In this document: positions 35,399-43,727 of the stretch, piece after piece | How the letters are laid out: each line of letters begins with the position of its first letter | Numbering within the stretch: the stretch's first letter is position 1 | Source: Pseudomonadota bacterium | GTDB taxonomy: Bacteria > Pseudomonadota > Alphaproteobacteria > Acetobacterales > Acetobacteraceae | NCBI GenBank assembly: GCA_046052145.1 | Contig: JBJOMW010000018.1 | Span: 974 to 64,973 of the forward strand | DNA length: 64,000 nt | Direction: 5' to 3' | The notes under the pieces: model-generated | Databases searched by the model: none | What the model saw: only the letters and a program-made list of their open reading frames with translations | What the model was told of the DNA's origin: nothing | Position numbers and translations under genes: made by a program

Positions 35399-36379
35399 TC
35401 ACTCGGGCTGATAGTTCACGCTCCGCAGCAATTCGGTGGCGCGAACGATCTCGCTCGCGATGAAGCGCTTCGACTGTTCGGTGGTCTCGGTCACCGGCTC
35501 CAGCACCTGCTGCTTCAGCCGCTCAACGATCGCCGGGTCGCGCATCGTCTCCTGCATCAGGGCGTTGATGCGCTGGACGATCTCGGAGGAGGTGCCCTTC
35601 GGCGCCCAGACGCCGTACCAGGACTGGAATTCGTAGCCGGGCAGCCCGGCCTCGGCCATGGTCGGCACGTTCGGCGCCAGGCTGGAACGCTGGCTCGTCG
35701 CGATGCCAAGCGCGCGGACGCGCCCATCGGCCGCCGCGGGCAGCAGCGCGAAGGACGGGTCGATCAGCAGCTCCACATTGCCGGCGATCATGTCAGTCAG
35801 CGCCGGCTGCGTGCCGCGATAGGGCACCATGTTGACCTCGGCGCCGGTGCGACGGTTGAAATCGATGGTCGCGAGATGACCTGCCGAGCCGAGCGAGGAA
35901 ATGGCGATGTTCCAGACGCGCGGATTGGCCTTCGCCGCGGCGATCACATCCGCCAGGTTCGCCTGCGGCCGGCGCATGGAGCTGACCATGACAAGCGGCG
36001 CGGCCGCGGTGCGGGCACAGACCTCGAGATCGGTCTGCGGATCGAAATTCGCCCCCCGCAGCACCATCGGCATGACCGCCGTGTTGAAGGCGGAAGCGAG
36101 CAGCGTATAGCCATCAGGGGCCGCCGTCAGCACTTCCCGCGTGCCGACCAGGCCGGCGCCGCCCACCCTGTTCTCAGCCACCGCAACGGCGCCAAGCTTT
36201 TCCTGCAGCCGCGCTGCGGTCAGGCGGGCGAGCATGTCGTTCGCCGCGCCCGGCGGCCAGGGGCAGACCACACGGATCGGCCGGCCATGCGGCCACGCGC
36301 CCTGCGCCTGGATGGCAGGGGCGGTGAGCATCCCAAAGCCACCGGCGGCACCGGCGGCGAGCAGCGTACGTCTTTTCAT
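35399..36379 (-). CDS. Bug/TctC-family substrate-binding protein
   Basis: Start MKRRTLLAAGAAGGFGMLTAPAIQAQ at 36379, with AAGGAGGA upstream (track ORF extended to 36430). Motifs: RPIRVVCPWPPGAANDMLAR, ENRVGGAG, PDGYTLL, MVPYRGTQPA. Confidence 0.9.
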   Translation of the reverse strand: MKRRTLLAAGAAGGFGMLTAPAIQAQGAWPHGRPIRVVCPWPPGAANDMLARLTAARLQEKLGAVAVAENRVGGAGLVGTREVLTAAPDGYTLLASAFNTAVMPMVLRGANFDPQTDLEVCARTAAAPLVMVSSMRRPQANLADVIAAAKANPRVWNIAISSLGSAGHLATIDFNRRTGAEVNMVPYRGTQPALTDMIAGNVELLIDPSFALLPAAADGRVRALGIATSQRSSLAPNVPTMAEAGLPGYEFQSWYGVWAPKGTSSEIVQRINALMQETMRDPAIVERLKQQVLEPVTETTEQSKRFIASEIVRATELLRSVNYQPE

Positions 36380-36410
36380 GGCGATCCTCCTTGTTGTTGG
36401 CGTGATGGGG

Positions 36411-37301
36411 TCAAGCCGAACGCAGCGCATCCGCCTCGGCCTGGGTGAGCGGCAGCAGTGGCGGGCGCAGGCGGTGCCAGCCGGGCTGTCCGATGCGGTC
36501 CGCCAGCAGCAGCTTCAGCGAGGCGATCTGCGCGAAGCGGCTCGCGCGGTTGCGGGCGACGACGATGCGCGCCTGCGCTTCCTCCACCTCCGCCGCGCGC
36601 GCCGGGTCGGCGTGGTGGCGGAAGACGAAGGCGAGGTCGGCCGCAACCAGGTTGGAGGTCGCGGTGATGCAGCCCGCGCCCCCCACCTTCAGTAGCGGCA
36701 GCATCAGCGGATCGGCGCCCGCGAGCACAGACAGCCCCGGGAAAGCCGCGACCAGCGCCTGCATGTTCCCGAGATCGCCCGAGGAATCCTTGATGCCCGT
36801 GAAGGTGCCCGGATAGCGCGCGCGGAGCCGCTCGATCACGCCGAAGCCGATCGGCACGGCCGACATCGGCGGGATGTGGTACAGCACGATCCGCAGCCGC
36901 GCATCGCCGATGCGCTCCACCACATGCGAATAGGCGGCGAAGACCCCCTCCTCGCTCACGCCCTTGTAGTAGAAGGGCGGCAGCATCACGACGGTGGTGA
37001 CGCCGAGCGACAGCGCATGGCGCGTCAGCGCGACGGTGTCGGGCAGTGCGACGACGCCGGTCCCCGGCAGCAGCAGGTCCGGCGCGATGCCGCCAGCCAC
37101 TGCCGCCTCCAGCAGCGCCTGGCGTTCGGCAACGGTGAAGGAATTCGCCTCCCCCGTCGTGCCCAGCATCGCGATGCCGTCGCAACCCTGGTCGAGCAGG
37201 CGCTTCGCATGCGCGACGAAGGCCGCGTGATCGGGCGCGAGATCGGCATCCATCGGCGTCAGCGCGGCGCTGAACACGCCGCGCGGGTGCAGCGCGCTCA
37301 T
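36411..37301 (-). CDS. Dihydrodipicolinate synthase / N-acetylneuraminate lyase (DHDPS/NAL) family protein
   Basis: 296 aa. GIAMLGTTGEANSFT, YHIPPMS and GIKDSSGD (Schiff-base lysine motif region) are typical of the class I aldolase DapA/NanA family. Confidence 0.85.
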   Translation of the reverse strand: MSALHPRGVFSAALTPMDADLAPDHAAFVAHAKRLLDQGCDGIAMLGTTGEANSFTVAERQALLEAAVAGGIAPDLLLPGTGVVALPDTVALTRHALSLGVTTVVMLPPFYYKGVSEEGVFAAYSHVVERIGDARLRIVLYHIPPMSAVPIGFGVIERLRARYPGTFTGIKDSSGDLGNMQALVAAFPGLSVLAGADPLMLPLLKVGGAGCITATSNLVAADLAFVFRHHADPARAAEVEEAQARIVVARNRASRFAQIASLKLLLADRIGQPGWHRLRPPLLPLTQAEADALRSA

Positions 37302-38434
37302 GCCGCGCCGCCCTTCACCCAGGCCTCGGTCACGGTCACATGTCGGATCGCCTGGCGGAAATGCGTGTAGGCTAGGTGCAGCGCGCCATCCGGCCCCTGC
37401 AGGATCGACGGATAGGACAGTTCCCGGTTGAGCCGTTCCTTAGAGTTGTTGGTCAAGCAGTAGCCGTCGCCGGTCTCGACGTCGCGACGATGCGGCCAGC
37501 TACGCCCGCCATCCTCCGAGATCGCGATGGTCATCGGTGCGCGCGGCGCGCCCCAGAAGGCGGTGCGCACCCCCGCCGGCGCCTCGGCGGGCAGCTCGCC
37601 GCCGATGTCGTCATACAGCGACAGGCGACGTCCCGTGGCCTGTTCGGCGCTGCTGTGGTTGTAGGCCAGGGCGACGTGGCCATTCGTCAGCACCGTCGCC
37701 TGGATCGAGGAATTGTTGTTCGGCAGATCCGTCGGCTGCGGCGCGCTCCAATCGCGGCCATTGGCGGAGCGCGCGGCATGAATCCGGTCCGCCCAGCGGC
37801 TGCGATACAGCGCGAGCAGCGTACCGTCGTGCAGAGCCAGGATGTTCATGTGCACACAGCCGGTGCTGCCGGGTACGTCCACGGCGTCCCAGCTTCGCCC
37901 CTGATCGGAGGAGATCAGCACCAACGCCGTATCGTCATCCCCGCGCCAGGCGCCGGCCGCCGGCGTCGGGCAGAGCCAGCCCGGCAGCAGCCAATCGCCC
38001 GTCTTCGTCACCACGATCGGCTGGCGGATGAAGACGCCCGGACGGTCAAGCATCGTCTCGATCGGACCCCAACTCCGCCCGCCATCGGTGGAGATGCGGC
38101 GGCGGATGATCGCAGTGTCCTGATGGCCCGAGACCTGCGCCGTCCAGAGCAGCCACAGCGCCTCGTCGGGCGCGGTGAACAGCAGCGGGTTCTGCTCGGA
38201 CCGCGTGGGGTCGTCCGACAGCTTCTGCGCCTCCGTCCAGCGCCCGTCCACGAAGCGGGAGAAATGGACCGAGATGTCGGGCACGCCTTCCTGCGTCCCA
38301 CCGAACCAGACGCAGCCCAGATCGCCACCCGGCAGCCTATGCAGGAAGGCCGCGTGGTTCTGGACGCAGGGCGTCGGGATGAAGCGCGCCGAAAGCCCGG
38401 GCGCGAGCCCGCCGGTGGTTCCGTTCCCATCCAT
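37298..38434 (-). CDS. BNR/Asp-box repeat, sialidase-like beta-propeller protein without signal peptide
   Basis: Start MDGNGTTGG at 38434 (track ORF extended to 38623). Three clear Asp-boxes (STDGGRSW, SSDQGRSW, SEDGGRSW) plus a degenerate SANGRDW. 378 aa. Confidence 0.8.
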   Translation of the reverse strand: MDGNGTTGGLAPGLSARFIPTPCVQNHAAFLHRLPGGDLGCVWFGGTQEGVPDISVHFSRFVDGRWTEAQKLSDDPTRSEQNPLLFTAPDEALWLLWTAQVSGHQDTAIIRRRISTDGGRSWGPIETMLDRPGVFIRQPIVVTKTGDWLLPGWLCPTPAAGAWRGDDDTALVLISSDQGRSWDAVDVPGSTGCVHMNILALHDGTLLALYRSRWADRIHAARSANGRDWSAPQPTDLPNNNSSIQATVLTNGHVALAYNHSSAEQATGRRLSLYDDIGGELPAEAPAGVRTAFWGAPRAPMTIAISEDGGRSWPHRRDVETGDGYCLTNNSKERLNRELSYPSILQGPDGALHLAYTHFRQAIRHVTVTEAWVKGGAA

Positions 38435-38435
38435 C

Positions 38436-39545
38436 TCAGAAGGCCCTTCGGTACATCGCGAGGATCTCGGCTTCCGAGATGTCGCGCGGGTTGAAGTCCA
38501 GCAGGCGGCGGATCGCATGCGCGTCGCGCGCCATCGCCGGCAGGTCGGATTCCGGCACGCCGAGCTGACCGAGGCGCATCTCGATGCCAAGCGCGGCGCA
38601 CCAGCCATGCGCGCCGTCGGCATCCTTCACCCCGAGCGCGGCCAGCGTCAGCGCCGTCTTCTCCGGCTGCGCGGGCGCGTTGAAGGCCAGCGTGTGCGGG
38701 AAGATCACGGCGCAGGCCAGGCCATGCGCGACATGGTGGCGCGTGCCGAGCGGATAGGCGACCGCATGGCCCGCCGTGGTGTTCACCGGCCCCAGGCAAT
38801 AGCCACCATAGAGCGAGGCGAGCGCGAGGCCCGCCCGCGCTTCCCGGTCCGTGCCATCAGCCACCGCGCGCGGCAGGAAGCGCCCGACCAGGCGGATGCC
38901 TTCCAGCGCATAGAGATCGATCAGCGGATGCGCGCGCTTGCTGGTGAAGGCTTCGGCGCAATGCGCCAGCGCATCCACGCCGGTCGCTGCGGTCATCGCT
39001 GGCGGCACGCTCAGCATCAGATCGGGGTCGATCACGGCCAGATCGGCCAGCATGTGGCGGCTCTGCACCGCAAGCTTGGCCTGGGTCGCGGGGTCGGTGA
39101 CCAGTGCGCGCATGCCGGCCTCGCTGCCCGTTCCCGCGGTGGTCGGCACCTGCACCAGCGCGACGCGGCGACCCGCCACCTTCTCCGGCCCGACGACGTC
39201 ATGGATGGACTGCCCACTGCCCGGCAGCACCGCGACCAGCTTCGCAAGGTCGAGCGCGCTGCCACCGCCAAAACCGATGACGAGGTCGGGCTTGACGCGC
39301 GCGGCCAGCGCCAGCGCCGCTTCGAGGTTCGGGATGTCAGGCTCCGGCTTCACCTCGCCGAAGACCGTCACCTCGCCCTTCAGGCCAAGCTGTTCGACAC
39401 GCGCGGCATTCGACCGGCCGGCGACGACCAGGATGCGCGAAAGGCCGCGTTCCTCCGTCCATCGCCCGACCAGGGCCGCAAGGCCGCAGCCGAACTCGAT
39501 GCGCTGCGGGCGAAGAATCTCGATCGGTGTCGTCAGGCTGGTCAT
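38436..39545 (-). CDS. Iron-containing (group III) alcohol dehydrogenase family protein
   Basis: 369 aa. GFGGGSALDLAKLVA, VQVPTTAGTGSE, and a His-rich metal site region ...DALAHCAEA...GHAVAYPLG. Confidence 0.85.
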   Translation of the reverse strand: MTSLTTPIEILRPQRIEFGCGLAALVGRWTEERGLSRILVVAGRSNAARVEQLGLKGEVTVFGEVKPEPDIPNLEAALALAARVKPDLVIGFGGGSALDLAKLVAVLPGSGQSIHDVVGPEKVAGRRVALVQVPTTAGTGSEAGMRALVTDPATQAKLAVQSRHMLADLAVIDPDLMLSVPPAMTAATGVDALAHCAEAFTSKRAHPLIDLYALEGIRLVGRFLPRAVADGTDREARAGLALASLYGGYCLGPVNTTAGHAVAYPLGTRHHVAHGLACAVIFPHTLAFNAPAQPEKTALTLAALGVKDADGAHGWCAALGIEMRLGQLGVPESDLPAMARDAHAIRRLLDFNPRDISEAEILAMYRRAF

Positions 39546-40570
39546 GCGTGGGTCCTCCGCGCGGCGAGCGCCTCGGCATAGTCGATGGCCTCGATCAGGC
39601 TGCGCTCACTGGCGATGCCCTGGCCCGCGATGTCGAAGGCGGTGCCGTGATCGACCGAGGTGCGGATCACCGGCAGGCCGAGCGTGACATTCACGCCGGA
39701 CAGCGCATCCCACTTGCCGGTCGCGGGATCCACATGGAAGCCGAGCAGCTTCACCGGGATGTGCCCCTGGTCGTGATACATCGCGACCACCGCATCATAT
39801 TGGCCGGCGCGCAGCTTCACGAAGACGGTATCGCCCGGCACCGGTCCCACCACATCCATGCCCTCGGCGACAGCCTCCGCGATGGTCGGCGCCGTCACGT
39901 CGATATCCTGCCGCCCGAACAGCCCGCCTTCCCCCGCATGCGGGTTCAGCGCCGCAACGGCGATGCGCGGGCGCGCGATGCCAAGGTCGCGCAACGCCTG
40001 ATGCGTCAGGTCCAGCACCAGGCGGATGCGCTGCGGTGTCGCTCGCTTCGGCACATCTTCGAGTGCGATATGGGTGGTGACGTGGCTGACGCGCATATTG
40101 CCATGCGCGAGCAGCATCACGCTGCCCTTCACACCCGTCAGCTCGGCCAGCATTTCCGTATGGCCGGCATAGTGGAAGCCCGCCTTGTTCAGCGCTTCCT
40201 TGTTGAGCGGCGCGGTGACGATGCCGCCGATGCGCCCCGCCTGCGCCAGCCGCACGCCACGCTCCACCGCATGGAAGGCCAGCCGGCCACCATCGGCCGA
40301 GAGCACGCCCGGCGCGATCGGCGCGCCTTCGGGTGCCGCCTGCAGGAAGCCGAGCGCCGGCCAGTCGCCATCCTCCGCGACCTCCGGGATCGGCGCGCCG
40401 CCGACCAGCGCACGCGCTGCCTCCAGCGCCGGGCGGCTGCCGATGACCAGCAGGCGCAGCGTGCCGGCGGCGATGCGCGGGGCCAGCGCGGTGCAGGCCT
40501 TGGCGATGATCTCCGGCCCGATGCCGGCGGGATCGCCCATGGTGATGGCAAGCGGAAGCGGCGTGGTCAT
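39542..40570 (-). CDS. PdxA-family 4-hydroxy(threonine/threonate)-4-phosphate dehydrogenase; context suggests the PdxA2 type
   Basis: 342 aa. LAITMGDPAGIGPEI, GHTEMLAEL, VTTHIAL, MYHDQGHIP, IRTSVDHGTAFDIAG. ATGA overlaps on both sides. Confidence 0.85.
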   Translation of the reverse strand: MTTPLPLAITMGDPAGIGPEIIAKACTALAPRIAAGTLRLLVIGSRPALEAARALVGGAPIPEVAEDGDWPALGFLQAAPEGAPIAPGVLSADGGRLAFHAVERGVRLAQAGRIGGIVTAPLNKEALNKAGFHYAGHTEMLAELTGVKGSVMLLAHGNMRVSHVTTHIALEDVPKRATPQRIRLVLDLTHQALRDLGIARPRIAVAALNPHAGEGGLFGRQDIDVTAPTIAEAVAEGMDVVGPVPGDTVFVKLRAGQYDAVVAMYHDQGHIPVKLLGFHVDPATGKWDALSGVNVTLGLPVIRTSVDHGTAFDIAGQGIASERSLIEAIDYAEALAARRTHA

Positions 40571-41673
40571 GCGGTTGCGTGGTCCTGGATCAGGTCATTG
40601 GCGGCGAGCAGGTCCCGCCAGAGCGTATCGTCGCCGAAGGCGCCGGATTTCGAGACGAGCCGCAGCCCGTCCCAGCTTCCGCCGCGCAGCAGGGAGCGCG
40701 GCACGCCAGGACGGACGAGGCCATCCGCCTCGATCGCGGTCGCACCCAGTGCCGCGCAGATCGCCGCCAGCGTCTCCCCACCCGCGACCAGCAGCGCGCC
40801 AGGGCGTGGCAGGTCGCGCAGCAAAGCCGCGAAGGCGTGCGCGATCTGCCGCGCGGCCTCGGCGCGCGACAGCCCCTCGGGCAGGTCGAGGCTTGCCAGC
40901 GCGACGCCCCGTTCCGCCAGCGCTGCACGCAGCCGCGCCGCGCCCTCCGCGGGATCGAGGCGCAGCCACAGCCGCCCGCAAGCCGCAAGCTGCCGCCGCG
41001 TGACCGTCTGGTCGGAGCCGAACAGCCCCAGCACCGGACCGTCGAGCCGCGACAGGTCACGCACCGGCGCATCGCCCGCCAGCGCACGCCCCAGCCCACC
41101 GCTGCCGCACCACAAGACGGGGCCCGGCGCTGCGCGGCCGCAGGCGGCGATGCGGCGCATGTCGTCCTCGGTCTCCGCATTGAAGACGGAGAGGCCGAGC
41201 GGCAGCGGCAAGGCCGGGTCACCCGGCCGAGCCTCCAGACCCTCTGCCGCAAGCTGCGCCGCCAAGGGCGGGCCCACGCCGCACCAGTTGCCATCCGGAT
41301 CCCGCGCCTGCTGCACGCCGCCGCGCGTCACGCGGCCCAGCGCGGGAAAGGCAGGCGCGACGACGACGCTGCGCCATGCGCCGGCCTGAAGGCAGGCAGC
41401 GAGTTCCGCCGCCGGCTGCCCACGCAAAAGGCTGTCGAGCTTCTTGAAGGCGATCTCCGCACCCGCCAGCAACGGCGCGGCGGCCGTAACGCGGTCGATG
41501 GCCTCCCTCCGCGTCGCTTCCCGCGTCGCGGTCGCGAAGGCCAGGTTGCCGGTCCCGCGATCCGTGCCGTTCCAGCGGACCGGCACGGGACCCGCCAGCG
41601 CCGAGAACTCCGCCGCGCTGTCCAGCGCGCCGGTCAGGTCATCGGCCAGCAGGCGCAGGATCGGGCGCGTCAC
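40567..41673 (-). CDS. Four-carbon acid-sugar kinase family protein (DUF1537; OtnK/DtnK/DenK-like)
   Basis: 368 aa. N-terminal LLADDLTGALDSAAEF is the hallmark of the DUF1537 kinase family. GTGA overlap with the upstream IclR gene. Confidence 0.8.
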   Translation of the reverse strand: MTRPILRLLADDLTGALDSAAEFSALAGPVPVRWNGTDRGTGNLAFATATREATRREAIDRVTAAAPLLAGAEIAFKKLDSLLRGQPAAELAACLQAGAWRSVVVAPAFPALGRVTRGGVQQARDPDGNWCGVGPPLAAQLAAEGLEARPGDPALPLPLGLSVFNAETEDDMRRIAACGRAAPGPVLWCGSGGLGRALAGDAPVRDLSRLDGPVLGLFGSDQTVTRRQLAACGRLWLRLDPAEGAARLRAALAERGVALASLDLPEGLSRAEAARQIAHAFAALLRDLPRPGALLVAGGETLAAICAALGATAIEADGLVRPGVPRSLLRGGSWDGLRLVSKSGAFGDDTLWRDLLAANDLIQDHATA

Positions 41674-42530
41674 GGGCGCCCCCTCGGGATGCCGATGGCG
41701 CCGAGCGACAGGCGCAAGCCCTCGGACAGCTCCGCCGCGATGCGCAGCGCCACAGGCGCGGCGCTGGCGATGAAGGCCTCCACCGGCATCCGCGTCGCCG
41801 CGATCGTCAGACTCACGCCGGCCAAGGGCCGCCCCGCCGCATCCAGCACCGGCGCGGCAACGGTGCGCAGGCCATAGGCGTTCTCGCCATCAGAGACCGC
41901 GAAGCCGCGTGCCCGCACCTCCGCAAGCCGCGCCAGCAGGTCATCGAGACCGGTCAGCGTGCGCTCAGACAGCATCACGCGCTCCACAGCCTGCAGATGC
42001 GCCACCTGCTCGGCCTGCGGCAGCCAGGCGAGGATCGCCTGGCCGAGCGCCGTGGCATAGGCGCCAACACGCGTGCCCGGGCGGCGCACCACGCCATGGC
42101 GCTCCAGCGCCGCCTCGACCCGCGCCAGGTAGATCACCTCGCCATGTTCGAGCGCGCCAAGCGAAGCCGCATCCGCGGCCTCCGGCACGGCTTCGTGCAG
42201 CAAGGGCGTCGCGTGCTCCGGCAGGTCGCCGGCGGAGAGCGCCGCGAAGCCGAGCTCGAGGCAGCGTAGCGTCAGCCGATACCGCTTGCTGCCCGGGACG
42301 CACCGCACATAGCCAAGATCGAGCAGCGTCTGGAGCAGCCGGAAGGCCGTGCCGCGGTCGAGCCCCGCGCGGGCGGCGACCTCGGCGGCCGTCAACTCAG
42401 CCGCACCGCGGCCGAAGGCCTTCAGCACCGCGAAGACCTTCCCGACGGACTGCACCTGGTTCTTCGCATCGCGGGACGCTGCACGGCGAGGCTCCAATGG
42501 CCTGCGCGCTACGTCTTCCCCGTCCGGCAC
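41670..42530 (-). CDS. IclR-family transcriptional regulator
   Basis: HTH: VGKVFAVLKAFGRGAAELTAAEVAARAGLDRGTAFRLLQTLLDLGYV. The track start is TTG at 42596. I prefer the GTG at 42530, which has GAGGAAGG upstream. The start is uncertain. Confidence 0.8.
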   Translation of the reverse strand: MPDGEDVARRPLEPRRAASRDAKNQVQSVGKVFAVLKAFGRGAAELTAAEVAARAGLDRGTAFRLLQTLLDLGYVRCVPGSKRYRLTLRCLELGFAALSAGDLPEHATPLLHEAVPEAADAASLGALEHGEVIYLARVEAALERHGVVRRPGTRVGAYATALGQAILAWLPQAEQVAHLQAVERVMLSERTLTGLDDLLARLAEVRARGFAVSDGENAYGLRTVAAPVLDAAGRPLAGVSLTIAATRMPVEAFIASAAPVALRIAAELSEGLRLSLGAIGIPRGRP

Positions 42531-42597
42531 GCCCTTACGCCCTTCCTCGCCCGTTGGCCCGATCCCTGGGAGCCTAAACTGGCCCAAGGTTCGCAAT

Positions 42598-42613
42598 CCG
42601 AACTTTTGTTCGG
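42598..42613. promoter_or_regulatory. Perfect palindrome CCGAAC-TTTT-GTTCGG upstream of the IclR-led operon (operator or hairpin)
   Basis: Arms are 6 bp with a 4-nt spacer. It lies between the SDR stop (42671) and the preferred IclR start (42530). Confidence 0.35.
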
Positions 42614-42670
42614 CAATGTTGCGTAGCTAAACGCCAGCCCCCCGATCGGGTCAAGCGCCGCCTCCAGCCG

Positions 42671-43357
42671 TCAGAGTGAGGCGCCACCGCAGACCATGAT
42701 CTGCTGGCCGGTGATGGCACCTGCCTCGGGGCCGAGCAGGAAGGCGGTCAGCGCGGCGACCTCCTCGGGGCGGATCAGACGACCGATCGGCGGCAGTGTC
42801 GGTGGTGAGGTGCTACGTGCGGGATCGCGCAGCATGGGCGTGTCCGTCGCGGCCGGCGCCACCACATTGACGGTGATGCCGCGCGGCGCGAGTTCCTGGG
42901 CCCAGGCACGCGCCATGGCGACCAGCGCGGCCTTGGTCGCGCCGTACTGGCTTCGCCCGGGCAAACCCATCGACCCGCGGCTGCCGATCAGCACGATCCG
43001 CCCGCCATCGGGCATGTGCGGCGCCAACTGATTGGCCAGCCGCTCAGCGGCCTCGACATGCAGGCGCCACAGGATGCTGCTGGCCTCGGGCTCCAGCGCG
43101 CCCAGCGGCGCGGCGCGCATCACGCCGGCCGCGTGTACGAAGGCGTCGAAGCCGGATTCGGCCACGTCGGATGGCAAGGCGTCACCCGTGGCGAGGTCCA
43201 GGCAGAGATGCCGGTACTCCGGATTCTGCACCGCCGGTCGGCTCCGGCTGATGCCCGTGACATGCCATCCCTGGGCCAGCAGTCGCGCGACGATGGCAGC
43301 GCCGATGCCAGAGCTGGCGCCGGTGACGAGGGCCTGGAAGACACGCTGTTGGGGCAT
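42671..43357 (-). CDS. SDR-family oxidoreductase
   Basis: 228 aa. ALVTGASSGIGAAI, YGATKAA (YxxxK). Confidence 0.85.
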   Translation of the reverse strand: MPQQRVFQALVTGASSGIGAAIVARLLAQGWHVTGISRSRPAVQNPEYRHLCLDLATGDALPSDVAESGFDAFVHAAGVMRAAPLGALEPEASSILWRLHVEAAERLANQLAPHMPDGGRIVLIGSRGSMGLPGRSQYGATKAALVAMARAWAQELAPRGITVNVVAPAATDTPMLRDPARSTSPPTLPPIGRLIRPEEVAALTAFLLGPEAGAITGQQIMVCGGASL

Positions 43358-43383
43358 TCCTAGAGGCTCCTAGCTGAATATGC

Positions 43384-43519
43384 AGCAGAGGCGCGGGATG
43401 CGGGGACGCGCTACCGGCGATGCCAATACATCGCCGTGACCATCGGAAGCACGCCAGCTGAGCTCAAACGCACGTCGAAGGCCGGTGCCGTGGGTGGCAC
43501 CCTCTCCTAAAGACAAGAG
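43384..43519. repeat. Intergenic repeat, class 2 (copy B)
   Basis: AGCAGAGGCGCGGGATGCGGGGACGCGC... The first 28 nt are identical to 53053-53080. The right half aligns with 60391-60466. It contains hairpins GGCGATG-N6-CATCGCC and GGTGCC-N6-GGCACC. Confidence 0.8.
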
Positions 43520-43727
43520 TACCAAAAACTCCACTCCGGATGGATCAGGTCACGCGGGCACAACGACCGCCGGGCCAAGTTCTGGGCGGGACCAACTCTG
43601 ATCGGGCGTCACTCGAAAGCCTGGCCACATCGTGACGGTGTGGGTCATTCGCGTAGAATTCCCCCGGAACCCGATGGGAATGACAATGGGGGGGGGCAAG
43701 GCCGAGAAGGTCGGCACATAACACCCT

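Noticed and set aside
39527-41877. Plus-strand ORFs of 620 aa (39527..41389) and 432 aa (40579..41877)
   Set aside because: They are antisense to the PdxA-family and DUF1537 kinase genes. Their sequences are Arg/Ala/Pro/Ser-rich with no motifs.
43420-43510. Short conserved peptide (33-35 codons) readable on the minus strand of class-2 repeats (e.g. APAFDVRLSSAGVL.. vs APALDVRLGCACVL..)
   Set aside because: One copy has an in-frame stop where the others continue. The Shine-Dalgarno spacing is wrong in one copy. The substitutions show no synonymous bias, so the conservation is explained at the DNA level.
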